Assembly (NCBI GenBank): GCA_039208735.1
Contig: JBCCQY010000022.1
Span: forward strand, 1 to 64,000
Direction: 5' to 3'
DNA: 64,000 bases
Source of the DNA: Myxococcota bacterium
GTDB lineage: Bacteria > Myxococcota_A > UBA796 > GCA-2862545
Below are positions 27,217 through 36,375 of the stretch, piece by piece; the stretch's first letter is position 1, and the number at the start of each line of letters is the position of its first letter. Position numbers and translations under genes: made by a program. Under the pieces are notes generated by a model, which was not told the origin of the DNA, ran no database searches, and saw nothing but the letters and a program-made list of their open reading frames with translations.

Positions 27217-27666
27217 TTAAGGACAGGCGGCCACCGGAAGCGGCACCGAAGCGTTCAATTCGTTGCCGCCCGACGCACAGGCGACCCACGAGAGGCACTC
27301 GAAGACCGAAGTAGCAATGAACAGCCCCATTCCACCTTCGGCCAACGACGACACGTCATCGGGGTCGACCTCGGGCAGGGACACGCCATCGAGCAAGCCG
27401 TGAGGCACCGGTCGTCCGTCGTCCTTGACCCGCAACACCATGCGGTCGTCTTGAACGTGCAGCGTGATGGCGATGCGATGGCCCGGTTCCTCGCGGTAGG
27501 CGTGTTCCACCACGTTGTTGAGCAGTTCGGCCGTCGCGACCGCGAGCATCTGTGCTTCCTCTTCAGGAAAGCCAAGTCGAACGGCAAACCCCTCGACGGC
27601 CTCGGTCCCGAGGCAGATATCCTCATACCGGCTCGAAAGCTCGATTTTCACAGGCTCGAAGGCCAT
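27217..27666 (-). CDS. Anti-sigma factor/Ser kinase (RsbW-like HATPase)
   Basis: AELLNNVVEHAY, VKDDG, EGGMGLFI. Confidence 0.85.
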   Translation of the reverse strand: MAFEPVKIELSSRYEDICLGTEAVEGFAVRLGFPEEEAQMLAVATAELLNNVVEHAYREEPGHRIAITLHVQDDRMVLRVKDDGRPVPHGLLDGVSLPEVDPDDVSSLAEGGMGLFIATSVFECLSWVACASGGNELNASVPLPVAACP

Positions 27667-27688
27667 CCGGTCACCGTTCCTGAAGGGG

Positions 27689-28024
27689 TTAGGCGGCGGG
27701 CAGAGGCTCCGCGAGGGCGGCCTCCACAGTTGCGAATGGAGGAAACACGCGGTCGAGACGGGTAAGCTCAATGATCTTTCGGACCGGCGTCGTGCAGTGA
27801 GCCAGACGGAGTTCGCAGCCCTTGGGCATGACCTTCAGCACGCCGACAATGGCCCCGAGGCCCGCCGAATCCACGTACTGAACCTTGCTCATGTCGAGAA
27901 CCACCAGGCAATGCCCATCGACCGCAGCGGCCAACCCGGTTCGAAACTCCGTGGCCCGCGCCGCGTCGAGGCGCGAATGGGGCAACCTCACCACCAGTCC
28001 GTCCTTGACTTTTTCGACTTCCAC
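27689..28024 (-). CDS. STAS anti-sigma factor antagonist (RsbV-like)
   Basis: RLDA, LDMSKVQYVDSAGLGA with the phosphoacceptor Ser, ELTRLDRVF. Confidence 0.88.
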   Translation of the reverse strand: MEVEKVKDGLVVRLPHSRLDAARATEFRTGLAAAVDGHCLVVLDMSKVQYVDSAGLGAIVGVLKVMPKGCELRLAHCTTPVRKIIELTRLDRVFPPFATVEAALAEPLPAA

Positions 28025-28135
28025 CGCCGCAGCTCCCGCCCTTCTTCGTTCACTTCACTGTCGGTTCCGCTGACACGGACTGTAGGCTGACCTCAGAGGC
28101 CCAAGGCATCGTCCGATGAAGCGCGAGGAGGAACC

Positions 28136-29854
28136 ATGATGTTGATGATGTGGGCTTTAGATGCCGTGGCGAATCCCAGTGTTCCCCCTCGCCATCCCGC
28201 CCCGGTGCCTCCGGGGCCGCGCGTCCATCATCTGGGCTACTTCTCCGACCAACCCATTCGCATCCAATGGACCGCCGGTCCGAGCCTCCCCCCACCACGC
28301 CGTGGGTCGCTTCGCGATGCCAGGGGACGGATCGTCGCCAGAGCGAAGTTCGGTCCCCCGCGCTTGGATCCGCGCGCCCGTGTGGCGGTGAGCGAAGTCC
28401 AGTTCGACGGCGTAAAGCCTGGGACCTACACGGTGCGAATCGGCAAGGTGCGGCAGGCCTTGATCGTCTCGAACGCGCCTTACGCATCCACCGTGACCAC
28501 CATGTTGCGGAGCTACTACCTGCAACGCTGTGGCGTCGAAATCGATGATGCAGTCACGGGATTGGCCCATGCACCCTGCCATGTCAACGACGGTGTCGTC
28601 GAAGACTCGACGATCCAAACGGGGACCCAGGTTGCGAGCCATGGGGGTTGGCACGATGCAGGCGACTTCGGCAAGTACGTCGCTCCGCTGGCCCACACGT
28701 TAGCTCGCCTTCTGACGCTCCACGAGCGGAACCCCACGCTCGCAGGCGATGGAACCCTGCGCATTCCCGAGTCCGACAATGGCCGTTCGGATCTCGTCGA
28801 CGAGGTGTGGGTAGGCCTCGACTGGCTCATGACGGCCCAGCGCGAAGATGGCGCTGTCTACCGAAAGCTTTCAGGCCAGCAGTGGCCCGGTATGGCGTCT
28901 CCGGACACCGACACCCAACCTCGCTACCTGTTTGGCGTAAGCACCCCCGAAACCGCCAAGTTCGCCGGAGTTCTCGCCCTTGCTGCGAGGGTGCTTGGCC
29001 CGAGCGACCCCAAGCGAGCGACGCGCTGCCTGAACGCCGCACAGCGAGCGTGGCAGTGGCTGGACGCCCAACCCGACCAGACGATCGACCGAGGCCCGCA
29101 CGACGACAAGGGGTCGGGAGGGTACCTGGCGAGCGACATCGATCGCGAAGCGGCGTTGCGCACCGATCAGGACGACCGGCTCTACGCGGCCATCCAGCTT
29201 GCATTGGCCTCAGGCCGATCGGACTGGGACGAAGCGATTCGGCAACGCCTCCCCACCGACGGCTCATTGCGCGTCACGTTGGCCGAATGGAAGGATCTTT
29301 CCTCACTTGCGCTGGTCGACCTTGTGCGGCACGCGCCGGAACGGCTTCAAGACGTGGTGCCGAGCGTTCGACAGGCGTTGATCGCTCGCGCCCGCGAGGC
29401 GTTGGCCCGCGCCGAGGCCTCCCCGCACCATCTCGCGAATCATCGCTTGGTTTGGGGTTCCAACAAGATGACGGCCGAGGAAGGCCATCTCCTTCTCATG
29501 GGACACGAACTCACCCAAGATGCGCGCTTCCTCGAAGCGGCGCGTTGGCAGGCGGACTGGGCGTTTGGCCTAAACCCGCTCGACCGAACCTTTGTGACGG
29601 GCATCGGACCCCGTTCGGTCGCCCATGTCAGCCACCATTGGGCACGCACCTTGCCCGATGGCACGACCATCCCTGGGTTGGTCGTGGGGGGGCCCAACGA
29701 AGGCGCCCAGGCCAACGTGGCGGCCGAAAACTGGGGAGTCCGGTCCTACGCCGATGTCGCCCAGTCGTACGCGACGAATGAAAACGCGATTGACTACAAC
29801 GCAGCGCTCATCGCATTGGTGGTCGAATTGTCGCGTGCGCTGGGCCCCTCGTAG
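28136..29854 (+). CDS. Glycoside hydrolase family 9
   Basis: YLQRCG, GGWHDAGDFGKY, FGLNP..TFVTGIG, ATNENAIDYNAAL; N-terminal Ig-like region. Confidence 0.87.
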   Translation: MMLMMWALDAVANPSVPPRHPAPVPPGPRVHHLGYFSDQPIRIQWTAGPSLPPPRRGSLRDARGRIVARAKFGPPRLDPRARVAVSEVQFDGVKPGTYTVRIGKVRQALIVSNAPYASTVTTMLRSYYLQRCGVEIDDAVTGLAHAPCHVNDGVVEDSTIQTGTQVASHGGWHDAGDFGKYVAPLAHTLARLLTLHERNPTLAGDGTLRIPESDNGRSDLVDEVWVGLDWLMTAQREDGAVYRKLSGQQWPGMASPDTDTQPRYLFGVSTPETAKFAGVLALAARVLGPSDPKRATRCLNAAQRAWQWLDAQPDQTIDRGPHDDKGSGGYLASDIDREAALRTDQDDRLYAAIQLALASGRSDWDEAIRQRLPTDGSLRVTLAEWKDLSSLALVDLVRHAPERLQDVVPSVRQALIARAREALARAEASPHHLANHRLVWGSNKMTAEEGHLLLMGHELTQDARFLEAARWQADWAFGLNPLDRTFVTGIGPRSVAHVSHHWARTLPDGTTIPGLVVGGPNEGAQANVAAENWGVRSYADVAQSYATNENAIDYNAALIALVVELSRALGPS

Positions 29855-29857
29855 CCC

Positions 29858-30466
29858 TCAGTGCGTGCGCAGCTCGACTTCGCCCGCCCCCACGCACACC
29901 TCGATCGTGTAGGGCGCGTTCGGATCGTCCACGATGGCGTTGTCGATCACGCCTACCAGGGCACCCACTTCGAGGCGGTAGGGCCCCGGCGGAACGTCGA
30001 TGGCCACCCGTCCCGCTCCCGCGCACGCAAACACGTTCGTCGGCGCATCGAGGTAAACGTCGATGCTGCCACGGTCCACCAAAAGGCCGAGGTCGGTATC
30101 GTCGGGCGTCTCAATCTCGAGGGTGCCGCCGCCGGCCAGCCCGTTCGCATCGATCACCACCGTTCCATCGACGAGTTCAGCCACGTCGGGGCTCGCGTTG
30201 TTGCCCAGACCCCCGCCTTCCCATCGGGCAAACAAGCGATCGCTCCGGCTCGTCGAAACGCGGATATCGCCATTGCCGACGCTGGCTTCCAACGTTTCCG
30301 GTGCGTCGAACGTCCACTGGGACTCGCCACCGCCCACCTCAACGATGCAGCCAACGGCCATCGCGGCCACGATTGTCGCCCCGAAAAGGCGCCCCATTGC
30401 TCCGGTCATCCCTTCCTCCGAGTCTGTGTCGAGGATTGGGACACCGACCATCCAACCAAAGGTCAC
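29858..30466 (-). CDS. Hypothetical lipoprotein (DUF4097/adhesin-like beta repeats)
   Basis: Lipobox AVGC; repeated G-x-I/V-x-V/I motifs. True start may be a downstream Met. Confidence 0.55.
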   Translation of the reverse strand: MTFGWMVGVPILDTDSEEGMTGAMGRLFGATIVAAMAVGCIVEVGGGESQWTFDAPETLEASVGNGDIRVSTSRSDRLFARWEGGGLGNNASPDVAELVDGTVVIDANGLAGGGTLEIETPDDTDLGLLVDRGSIDVYLDAPTNVFACAGAGRVAIDVPPGPYRLEVGALVGVIDNAIVDDPNAPYTIEVCVGAGEVELRTH

Positions 30467-30478
30467 CCGAGCCGATAA

Positions 30479-33400
30479 CTACGCGAGATTGTCGGGTGAA
30501 TCAGGTGGATCCAATGTTGCCAGCATACTTGCGGCTCCGGGATGGCCAAGGTCAGCACTGCGCTGCAACACGGGTCGGGCCTCTGCAATGCGATCCATCG
30601 CCCGCAACGTGGCCCCCAACAGGAAGTGGCCGGCGGGATGTTCGGGTTCGCGGTCGATGGCGGACCGCGCGGCCGGTTCGGCATCGGCCGCCCGGTTCAG
30701 CTCGAGCCGAACCTGGGCGAGGTTTCGCCAGCTTGCCGCGTGACCGGGATCCAGCTCGGTCGCCCGTCGCAAGCTCCACTCGGCTTGCTCGAAACGCCCT
30801 CGACGGGCGTGATGGACCCCGAGGTTGCTCCAGTGCGACGCGTCATCGGGCTTGAGTTTGACCGTCCGTTCGCGCGCTACCAAGGCCTTTTGCGGCTCGC
30901 CAACCGCCTCGAGAATCGACGCATAGTGGTGCCAGGCCATGTCGTCGTCTCGCGCCACGGCAAGCCACCGCTCGGCGGCTTGCTGAGCCTTGGGCCACTT
31001 GCGCGCTTGCCGGTAGAGGTGGACAAGGTCGCGCCACACCGCGCCATCTCCTGGGAATTGCCTGCCCAATTCCGACAGCTCTTCGATGGCACTTGCGGTC
31101 TGACCGCCCTTGAGGAGGAGCCGCGACAGGGCGTACCGGGCCGCGCCATCGGCAGGCTCCAAGGTAGCGGCCTCCCGGTAGGCACGGACTGCGTCGGGAT
31201 ACTGGGTAAGCCGCTCCAGGCACTGACCACGTTGAAAGTGCGCCTCTGCGAGGCGCCGATCGTTGCCGATCGCCCGATCGAAGGCTTGAAGCGCCTGTTC
31301 GGGGTTGCCCAGGTGCTGATACAAACGCCCCGCCACCACCTCGGCCGCGGCGAGGTCGGAAGGGGCGATCATCACGGACGGTGAATGGCCTGACGCCGCC
31401 TCGGGCATCGCGCCGTCTCCGACGCAACGGAAGGCCCCCCAAGCGCGAGGCTCAAGCCGGGTCGACAGATCGATCTGGGCCGTCCGCACCGCCTTGGCCG
31501 GAGGCTCCCCCGCGGACAGAGCTTGATGAAAAGCCTGACCAAACGCCACCATTCCCGTGTCAGAAACCCGCCCTAGCGCCACGACGATCGCTCGCGCCCC
31601 TGCCGTACGGCCCGCTTGGGCCAGCGCGACGGCCACCGGCACTTCGTCGCCTTCAGGCAAGGCACACGCCGATAGATCGATGACCTCGGTGCCGGAGAAG
31701 TCTGCCCTCGACAAGGCCTCGCTCGAAAGCCAACCCAACCCGCGCTCGGAGGGCTCAGGCGAGGCCAATGACACCAATGCGCCAGCTCCGACCAACCCTT
31801 CGGCCACGCCCTCAGCCCCTTCGGGGAGGCGGTAGGCGTGGGTGGCGACCACCAGGACCCGTGGCGACGCGGCGCCGAGGATGGCCTCGGTATTGGCTTG
31901 GTCGCCCGTCCAGGCCGCGACCCCCAGTTGTGCGGCGGCCCGCTCGGCCGCGGCATGCAACCCCGGCCGATGCGGAAAGTGCATCGGAGGGGCTTCACCG
32001 TTGGCGGCTTCCAGCGTGGGCGCACCAACCACGCGAGGTCCGGACGGCGAGCCCACCGCATGGGCCCCCGCCGTTCCCAGCGAGCCCACATCAAAGAGGG
32101 TGACCAACTCGTGGTGAACGACCCACGGTCCGCCAGCACCGGACGGCGATGGCAACGCGCTGAAGGGGACCGCCGCCCAGGCTCCGGTGGGAATCAGATA
32201 CAGCCGGTCGCCCGGCCGCAGACCCGCGAGGCTGCGCAATGGCGCGAGCAGTCGACCCGCGAGCCGACGTCCCGCCTCGGCCGAAGCTTCGCCCTCGAGG
32301 GGCGCGAAATCCCGAATCCAGGCATCGACCTCGACCGCATCGCCAAGCGACGTGAGGTAGACGGCTCCGGTGTTGCCGGCGACCGCGAATGCGACGTCTC
32401 GCTCCACGCCTGCAACGAGGTGCCGAAACCGGTGCGTCTGCAGCAGCCAGGCGCCGATCCCGAGTCGTTTCGCCAGCCCATGGGCCGTCATGTCGCGGGA
32501 TGGCGCGACGCCCGCGACCCGGTCGAGGTCGTGGTCAAGTACGCGCGACGACATGGTCGCGGTGGAGGCCCCGTCGAGAGGGGTGTCGGCGAGTCGCAAA
32601 GCGACCTCGGCCCGTCCCCGCAACTCGATGGCCCGGTCGACCGCTTCACGGAGCCCGACGAGCGCCGGCGCACGTTGCAAGACTGCCCGCTGGCGCGCCA
32701 TCTGGGGCCCCGGCATCTCGGGAGCCATCCGGAGCAGCCACTCGTAGGCCTGAGCCGCCACGTCGACGCCCGTGCCCGCGAGATCCACAGCGGAGGTCAG
32801 CAGCGCGTCGGACCACGCTTTGACGTCGCGCTCGGCCACCCCGACCTGGGCCAAGGCCGTCGTCAGCAAGGTGAACGCGGCTCCTGGATCCCCAGCCGTA
32901 AGGTGAGCCTCGGTGAGGGCGCGCACGAGACCCGGCGGTTCGCAGAGCGGTCCGTCCACCGCTTCCGCCGCGTTGAGGAAGGCTCGTCCGGTCTCATCGC
33001 TGCCCGTGGCCGCGTGCGCCATCCAGGCCACCCCGAGGGCAGCCCGCGCGGCCGAGCGCGCATCGCCTCGGTTGAGGGCACCACTGTGGGCCGTTTCAAA
33101 CGCCGCTCGCGCCGCCTCGCGATCGCCAGCTTCCGCCGCGGTGACCGCAAGGGCCTCAATGGCCGAAATCATCTCGGCGCTCTCGCGGCCATGTCGCGCG
33201 GCCGCCATTGCACCGTAGGCATCGAGGTGGCGGCGCGCACCCGCGAAGTCGGCCTGGCGGGTGCACCACTTGGCGAGCCGCTCGAGGTCCTCGGCCTGTT
33301 CACGCCGAGCGTGCGCGGTACGTGGGGTGCCTCGGAGCGTCACCGCTGCTTCCAGGCGATCGATCGCCTCGTCGAGCTGACCCACCTGCTCGCACAGTCG

Positions 33401-34093
33401 AGCCCGTGCGGACAGCGATGCCGCGCGAAGGGGATGGTTGGCAGCCCGGGTTCGATCCACGATCCGTTCAGCCTGCGTCAATCGCACATCCGCCGCACTG
33501 GCCCGGCCCATGCGCCGCTCGACATCGGCCAATGCGATGAGCAGTCCATCGCCATCGGAAGGGGCATCACGCGGGACGTGCCGCAAGGCGGTAAGCCACA
33601 GGTCCCTTGCGGTTTCGAGCGGACCAATTGCGGCATAGACCTCAGCCAGGCCCGTCGCAAAGCGCTTGACCTGCTCGGGCGCCGACCGTTCCAGTTCGCG
33701 AAGTCCGTCGCGAGCGTCGTCGGCGATGGTGCGAGCATCGTCTTCGTGGCCCGAACGCACGAGGGCCCGAGCAAGATCACCCGCCGCGACGACCACACGA
33801 ACCCGGCCCTGCACGGGGGCGTGGTCCTGCCAATAGTCGAGCACCGAGCGGAACCACACCGCCGCAGTCGCCGAATCTTCGAGATCCACCAGGATTCGAC
33901 CCAGATCCTGGATCCGAGCCAGTCGATCCACGATGGGGAGATCACTGCCCTCGATCTCGGTGTACAACGCCGAAACCTGTTCACGTATGCCCTCGGTCTC
34001 GCCCCGCTGGACGGCCGTGGCGATGGATCGAATGCGCGAATGAACGGACGGGTCGGGCATGCCGCCGTTTATGGGCTCGCGCTCGTTCGTCAA
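30479..34093 (-). CDS. TPR-CHAT-TPR protein (caspase-like protease domain)
   Basis: CHAT motifs LYLIPTG..A.VPFSAL, VATHA (His), DLSAC (Cys), AGARAIV, WGAF; TPR-like helices on both sides. Confidence 0.8.
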   Translation of the reverse strand: MTNEREPINGGMPDPSVHSRIRSIATAVQRGETEGIREQVSALYTEIEGSDLPIVDRLARIQDLGRILVDLEDSATAAVWFRSVLDYWQDHAPVQGRVRVVVAAGDLARALVRSGHEDDARTIADDARDGLRELERSAPEQVKRFATGLAEVYAAIGPLETARDLWLTALRHVPRDAPSDGDGLLIALADVERRMGRASAADVRLTQAERIVDRTRAANHPLRAASLSARARLCEQVGQLDEAIDRLEAAVTLRGTPRTAHARREQAEDLERLAKWCTRQADFAGARRHLDAYGAMAAARHGRESAEMISAIEALAVTAAEAGDREAARAAFETAHSGALNRGDARSAARAALGVAWMAHAATGSDETGRAFLNAAEAVDGPLCEPPGLVRALTEAHLTAGDPGAAFTLLTTALAQVGVAERDVKAWSDALLTSAVDLAGTGVDVAAQAYEWLLRMAPEMPGPQMARQRAVLQRAPALVGLREAVDRAIELRGRAEVALRLADTPLDGASTATMSSRVLDHDLDRVAGVAPSRDMTAHGLAKRLGIGAWLLQTHRFRHLVAGVERDVAFAVAGNTGAVYLTSLGDAVEVDAWIRDFAPLEGEASAEAGRRLAGRLLAPLRSLAGLRPGDRLYLIPTGAWAAVPFSALPSPSGAGGPWVVHHELVTLFDVGSLGTAGAHAVGSPSGPRVVGAPTLEAANGEAPPMHFPHRPGLHAAAERAAAQLGVAAWTGDQANTEAILGAASPRVLVVATHAYRLPEGAEGVAEGLVGAGALVSLASPEPSERGLGWLSSEALSRADFSGTEVIDLSACALPEGDEVPVAVALAQAGRTAGARAIVVALGRVSDTGMVAFGQAFHQALSAGEPPAKAVRTAQIDLSTRLEPRAWGAFRCVGDGAMPEAASGHSPSVMIAPSDLAAAEVVAGRLYQHLGNPEQALQAFDRAIGNDRRLAEAHFQRGQCLERLTQYPDAVRAYREAATLEPADGAARYALSRLLLKGGQTASAIEELSELGRQFPGDGAVWRDLVHLYRQARKWPKAQQAAERWLAVARDDDMAWHHYASILEAVGEPQKALVARERTVKLKPDDASHWSNLGVHHARRGRFEQAEWSLRRATELDPGHAASWRNLAQVRLELNRAADAEPAARSAIDREPEHPAGHFLLGATLRAMDRIAEARPVLQRSADLGHPGAASMLATLDPPDSPDNLA

Positions 34094-35244
34094 TGGTCCG
34101 GCCCGACGTAGCGCGCCCGGGGCCTCAGGATCCCAGGCGTCGTGCGCTGTTCAAGGACGTGGGCCAACCACCCGGCCACTCGGCCGACCGCAAACACCGT
34201 CACCGCAAAGGCCGGAGGCGCTCCTAAGGCATTCGCCAACGCGAGCAGTGCCATGTCCAGGGCCGGAGGCGGAGCCCCAAGACGCTTGGCCACTTCCATA
34301 TGGGCCCACGTGGCGTCAAGCTGCGGCCCCGATCGACCCACGATCCAACCCAACAAGGCTTCCGCCCTTGGATCTCCGTCCGGGTAGAGCGGGTGTCCGT
34401 AGCCTCGCAGGCGCCCCTCGGCGATCTGAGCCTGCACCACGATGTCCGGCGCGTTTGAACCGATTTCGCCCACCCCCGCCGCCACGTCGAAGACCTGCAA
34501 CCCGTGGCGCGGGCCAAGGAACGTTCCCAAGGCCGCGATCACGGCCGCCCCCAAGGAAGCGCCCGTGCTGGCGGCGATTCGAGCGGCGAACGTGCTGGCA
34601 TTCAGCTCGTGATCCGCGCACAGGACCAAACCTCGCTGCACGAGCTCCGCATCCGCAGGGTCCAGGCCGTACATCTCGACCAACCGATCCGCAACCGGGC
34701 CCCGCGAAGAGGGTCGAAGGCCGACCACGTGGCCCAAGCTCGTCACAAACCGATCGAGGAGCGCCTCTGGTTTGGTGACCGAGGACTCCGCCAGAGCCAC
34801 CGCAAGCAGCCAAGCGGAAGGGGCATCCTTAGGCTCCGCACGCTCGAGGATCGACGTCCACCCCTCGTCCGCACCGTCGCACAGCGGAGCCGCGTGGGCG
34901 TGTTCAAAGCCCGTCCAAAGGCCTCGCGCCACCACTTCAAACGGGGTGTCACGCTCCGCGAGAGACCAGGCGGAACGGCCGCGGTAGCTTGGGCCGTCGC
35001 GATCGACCGCACTGATCGCGGTGGACAGCACGGGCGCACCCCAGTCCAAGGCGATCGATGCGGCAGCCGCATGGCCCTTGGCCGCGGCAGCCCGTCGCTT
35101 GAGCGCCCAGATGTCGGTCGCGAGGTAGCGCTTGCCTCGCCCGGGCCCGTCGACGGTTCGCACGAGCCCTCGCGTGACGTAGCTGTACAGCGTCGCCCGC
35201 TTCACCCCAAGGCAAGCCGCGGCCTCTGCACTCGTCATGGTCAT
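34090..35244 (-). CDS. HTH-fused citrate synthase-like protein
   Basis: N-terminal excisionase/MerR-like HTH (AEAAACLGVKRATLYSYVTRG); CS motifs DHELNAS, GPRHG, GYGHPLY. Start 35244 or 35238 (ORF extends to 35268). Confidence 0.85.
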   Translation of the reverse strand: MTMTSAEAAACLGVKRATLYSYVTRGLVRTVDGPGRGKRYLATDIWALKRRAAAAKGHAAAASIALDWGAPVLSTAISAVDRDGPSYRGRSAWSLAERDTPFEVVARGLWTGFEHAHAAPLCDGADEGWTSILERAEPKDAPSAWLLAVALAESSVTKPEALLDRFVTSLGHVVGLRPSSRGPVADRLVEMYGLDPADAELVQRGLVLCADHELNASTFAARIAASTGASLGAAVIAALGTFLGPRHGLQVFDVAAGVGEIGSNAPDIVVQAQIAEGRLRGYGHPLYPDGDPRAEALLGWIVGRSGPQLDATWAHMEVAKRLGAPPPALDMALLALANALGAPPAFAVTVFAVGRVAGWLAHVLEQRTTPGILRPRARYVGPDH

Positions 35245-35271
35245 GGGAAGGTCGATTGGTCGATCCACGTC

Positions 35272-35285
35272 GCGTCACGTGACGC
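35272..35285. promoter_or_regulatory. Perfect palindrome between the divergent citrate synthase-like genes
   Basis: GCGTCACGTGACGC, next to GTCGAT direct repeats at 35251 and 35259. Confidence 0.4.
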
Positions 35286-35309
35286 CTTCAGCAGAACACG
35301 GGAGGAGCC

Positions 35310-36365
35310 ATGGTCAATGGCGGATTGGAAGGCGTCGTGGTCGCGGAGACCACCACCTCGTACGTCGATGGGGCGAAGGGTGAGCTGTGGATTCGCGGCG
35401 TTCCCATCGAACGGGTCGCCGCCTCAGGGCGCTACGAAACCGCGGCCGCACTGATTCTTGAAATCCCAGAACCCGATCTCGGACCCGCCCGCGTCGCAGC
35501 CTTTGGCGCCACCGCCGAGGCGCCGATGTTGCCCGATGCGATGGCCACGCTCCGCGCCGCGGTGGCAACCCTCGACGACGAAGCGGACGAACCCACGTTG
35601 ATGGCGACCGTGGCGGTGGCCGGGGCTCGATGGTGTCGTCATCACGTTGGCGAAGCCCCGCTGCGCCCTGACCCGACGCTCGACCACGCCACAGACATCC
35701 TGCGCATGGCCACGGGCACCGCCGATGCGACAGGCGGCCGGGCGCTCAGCCGGTACCTTGCCACCGTCGTGGACCACGGCTTGAACGCGTCGACGTTTGC
35801 CGCCCGAGTGGTCGCGAGCACTGGATCGGACCGGACCTCAGCCGTTGTGGCCGCCCTAGGGGCCCTCAAAGGCCCGTTGCACGGAGGCGCGCCGGGACCC
35901 GTTCTCGACCTCCTCGAGGCCATCGGAACCCCCGAACGGGCCGAAGCAGTGTTGAACGCCGAGCTGCAGGCCGGCCGACGCCTCATGGGGTTTGGCCACC
36001 GAGTGTACCGGGTCCGGGATCCCCGAGCGGCCGTTCTGGAAGGGGCCATCTCCGAACTCGAAGGGTCCCGGTGGCATTCACCCCGCCTCGAACTGGCTCG
36101 CGCCGTCGAGCCAGCCGCGACGAGGCTGCTGGCCGCGCACAAGCCTGAGCGTCCGCTGCGGGCCAACGTCGAGTTCTACACCGCCGTGGTCCTCGATGCC
36201 CTCGGGTTCCCCCGGACGATGTTCACGCCTCTGTTCGCGATGGGAAGGACCGCAGGATGGCTCGCCCACATCACCGAGCAACGCGCCAACGGACGCCTCA
36301 TCCGACCAAAGGCCACCTACGTCGGTCCACGACCCGGCGACCCATCGATGGCATCGGCCACGTGA
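35310..36365 (+). CDS. Citrate synthase / 2-methylcitrate synthase family
   Basis: GLEGVV, DHGLNAS, GPLHGGA, MGFGHRVY, DPRA, NVEFY. Confidence 0.88.
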   Translation: MVNGGLEGVVVAETTTSYVDGAKGELWIRGVPIERVAASGRYETAAALILEIPEPDLGPARVAAFGATAEAPMLPDAMATLRAAVATLDDEADEPTLMATVAVAGARWCRHHVGEAPLRPDPTLDHATDILRMATGTADATGGRALSRYLATVVDHGLNASTFAARVVASTGSDRTSAVVAALGALKGPLHGGAPGPVLDLLEAIGTPERAEAVLNAELQAGRRLMGFGHRVYRVRDPRAAVLEGAISELEGSRWHSPRLELARAVEPAATRLLAAHKPERPLRANVEFYTAVVLDALGFPRTMFTPLFAMGRTAGWLAHITEQRANGRLIRPKATYVGPRPGDPSMASAT

Positions 36366-36375
36366 CGACGACCGG

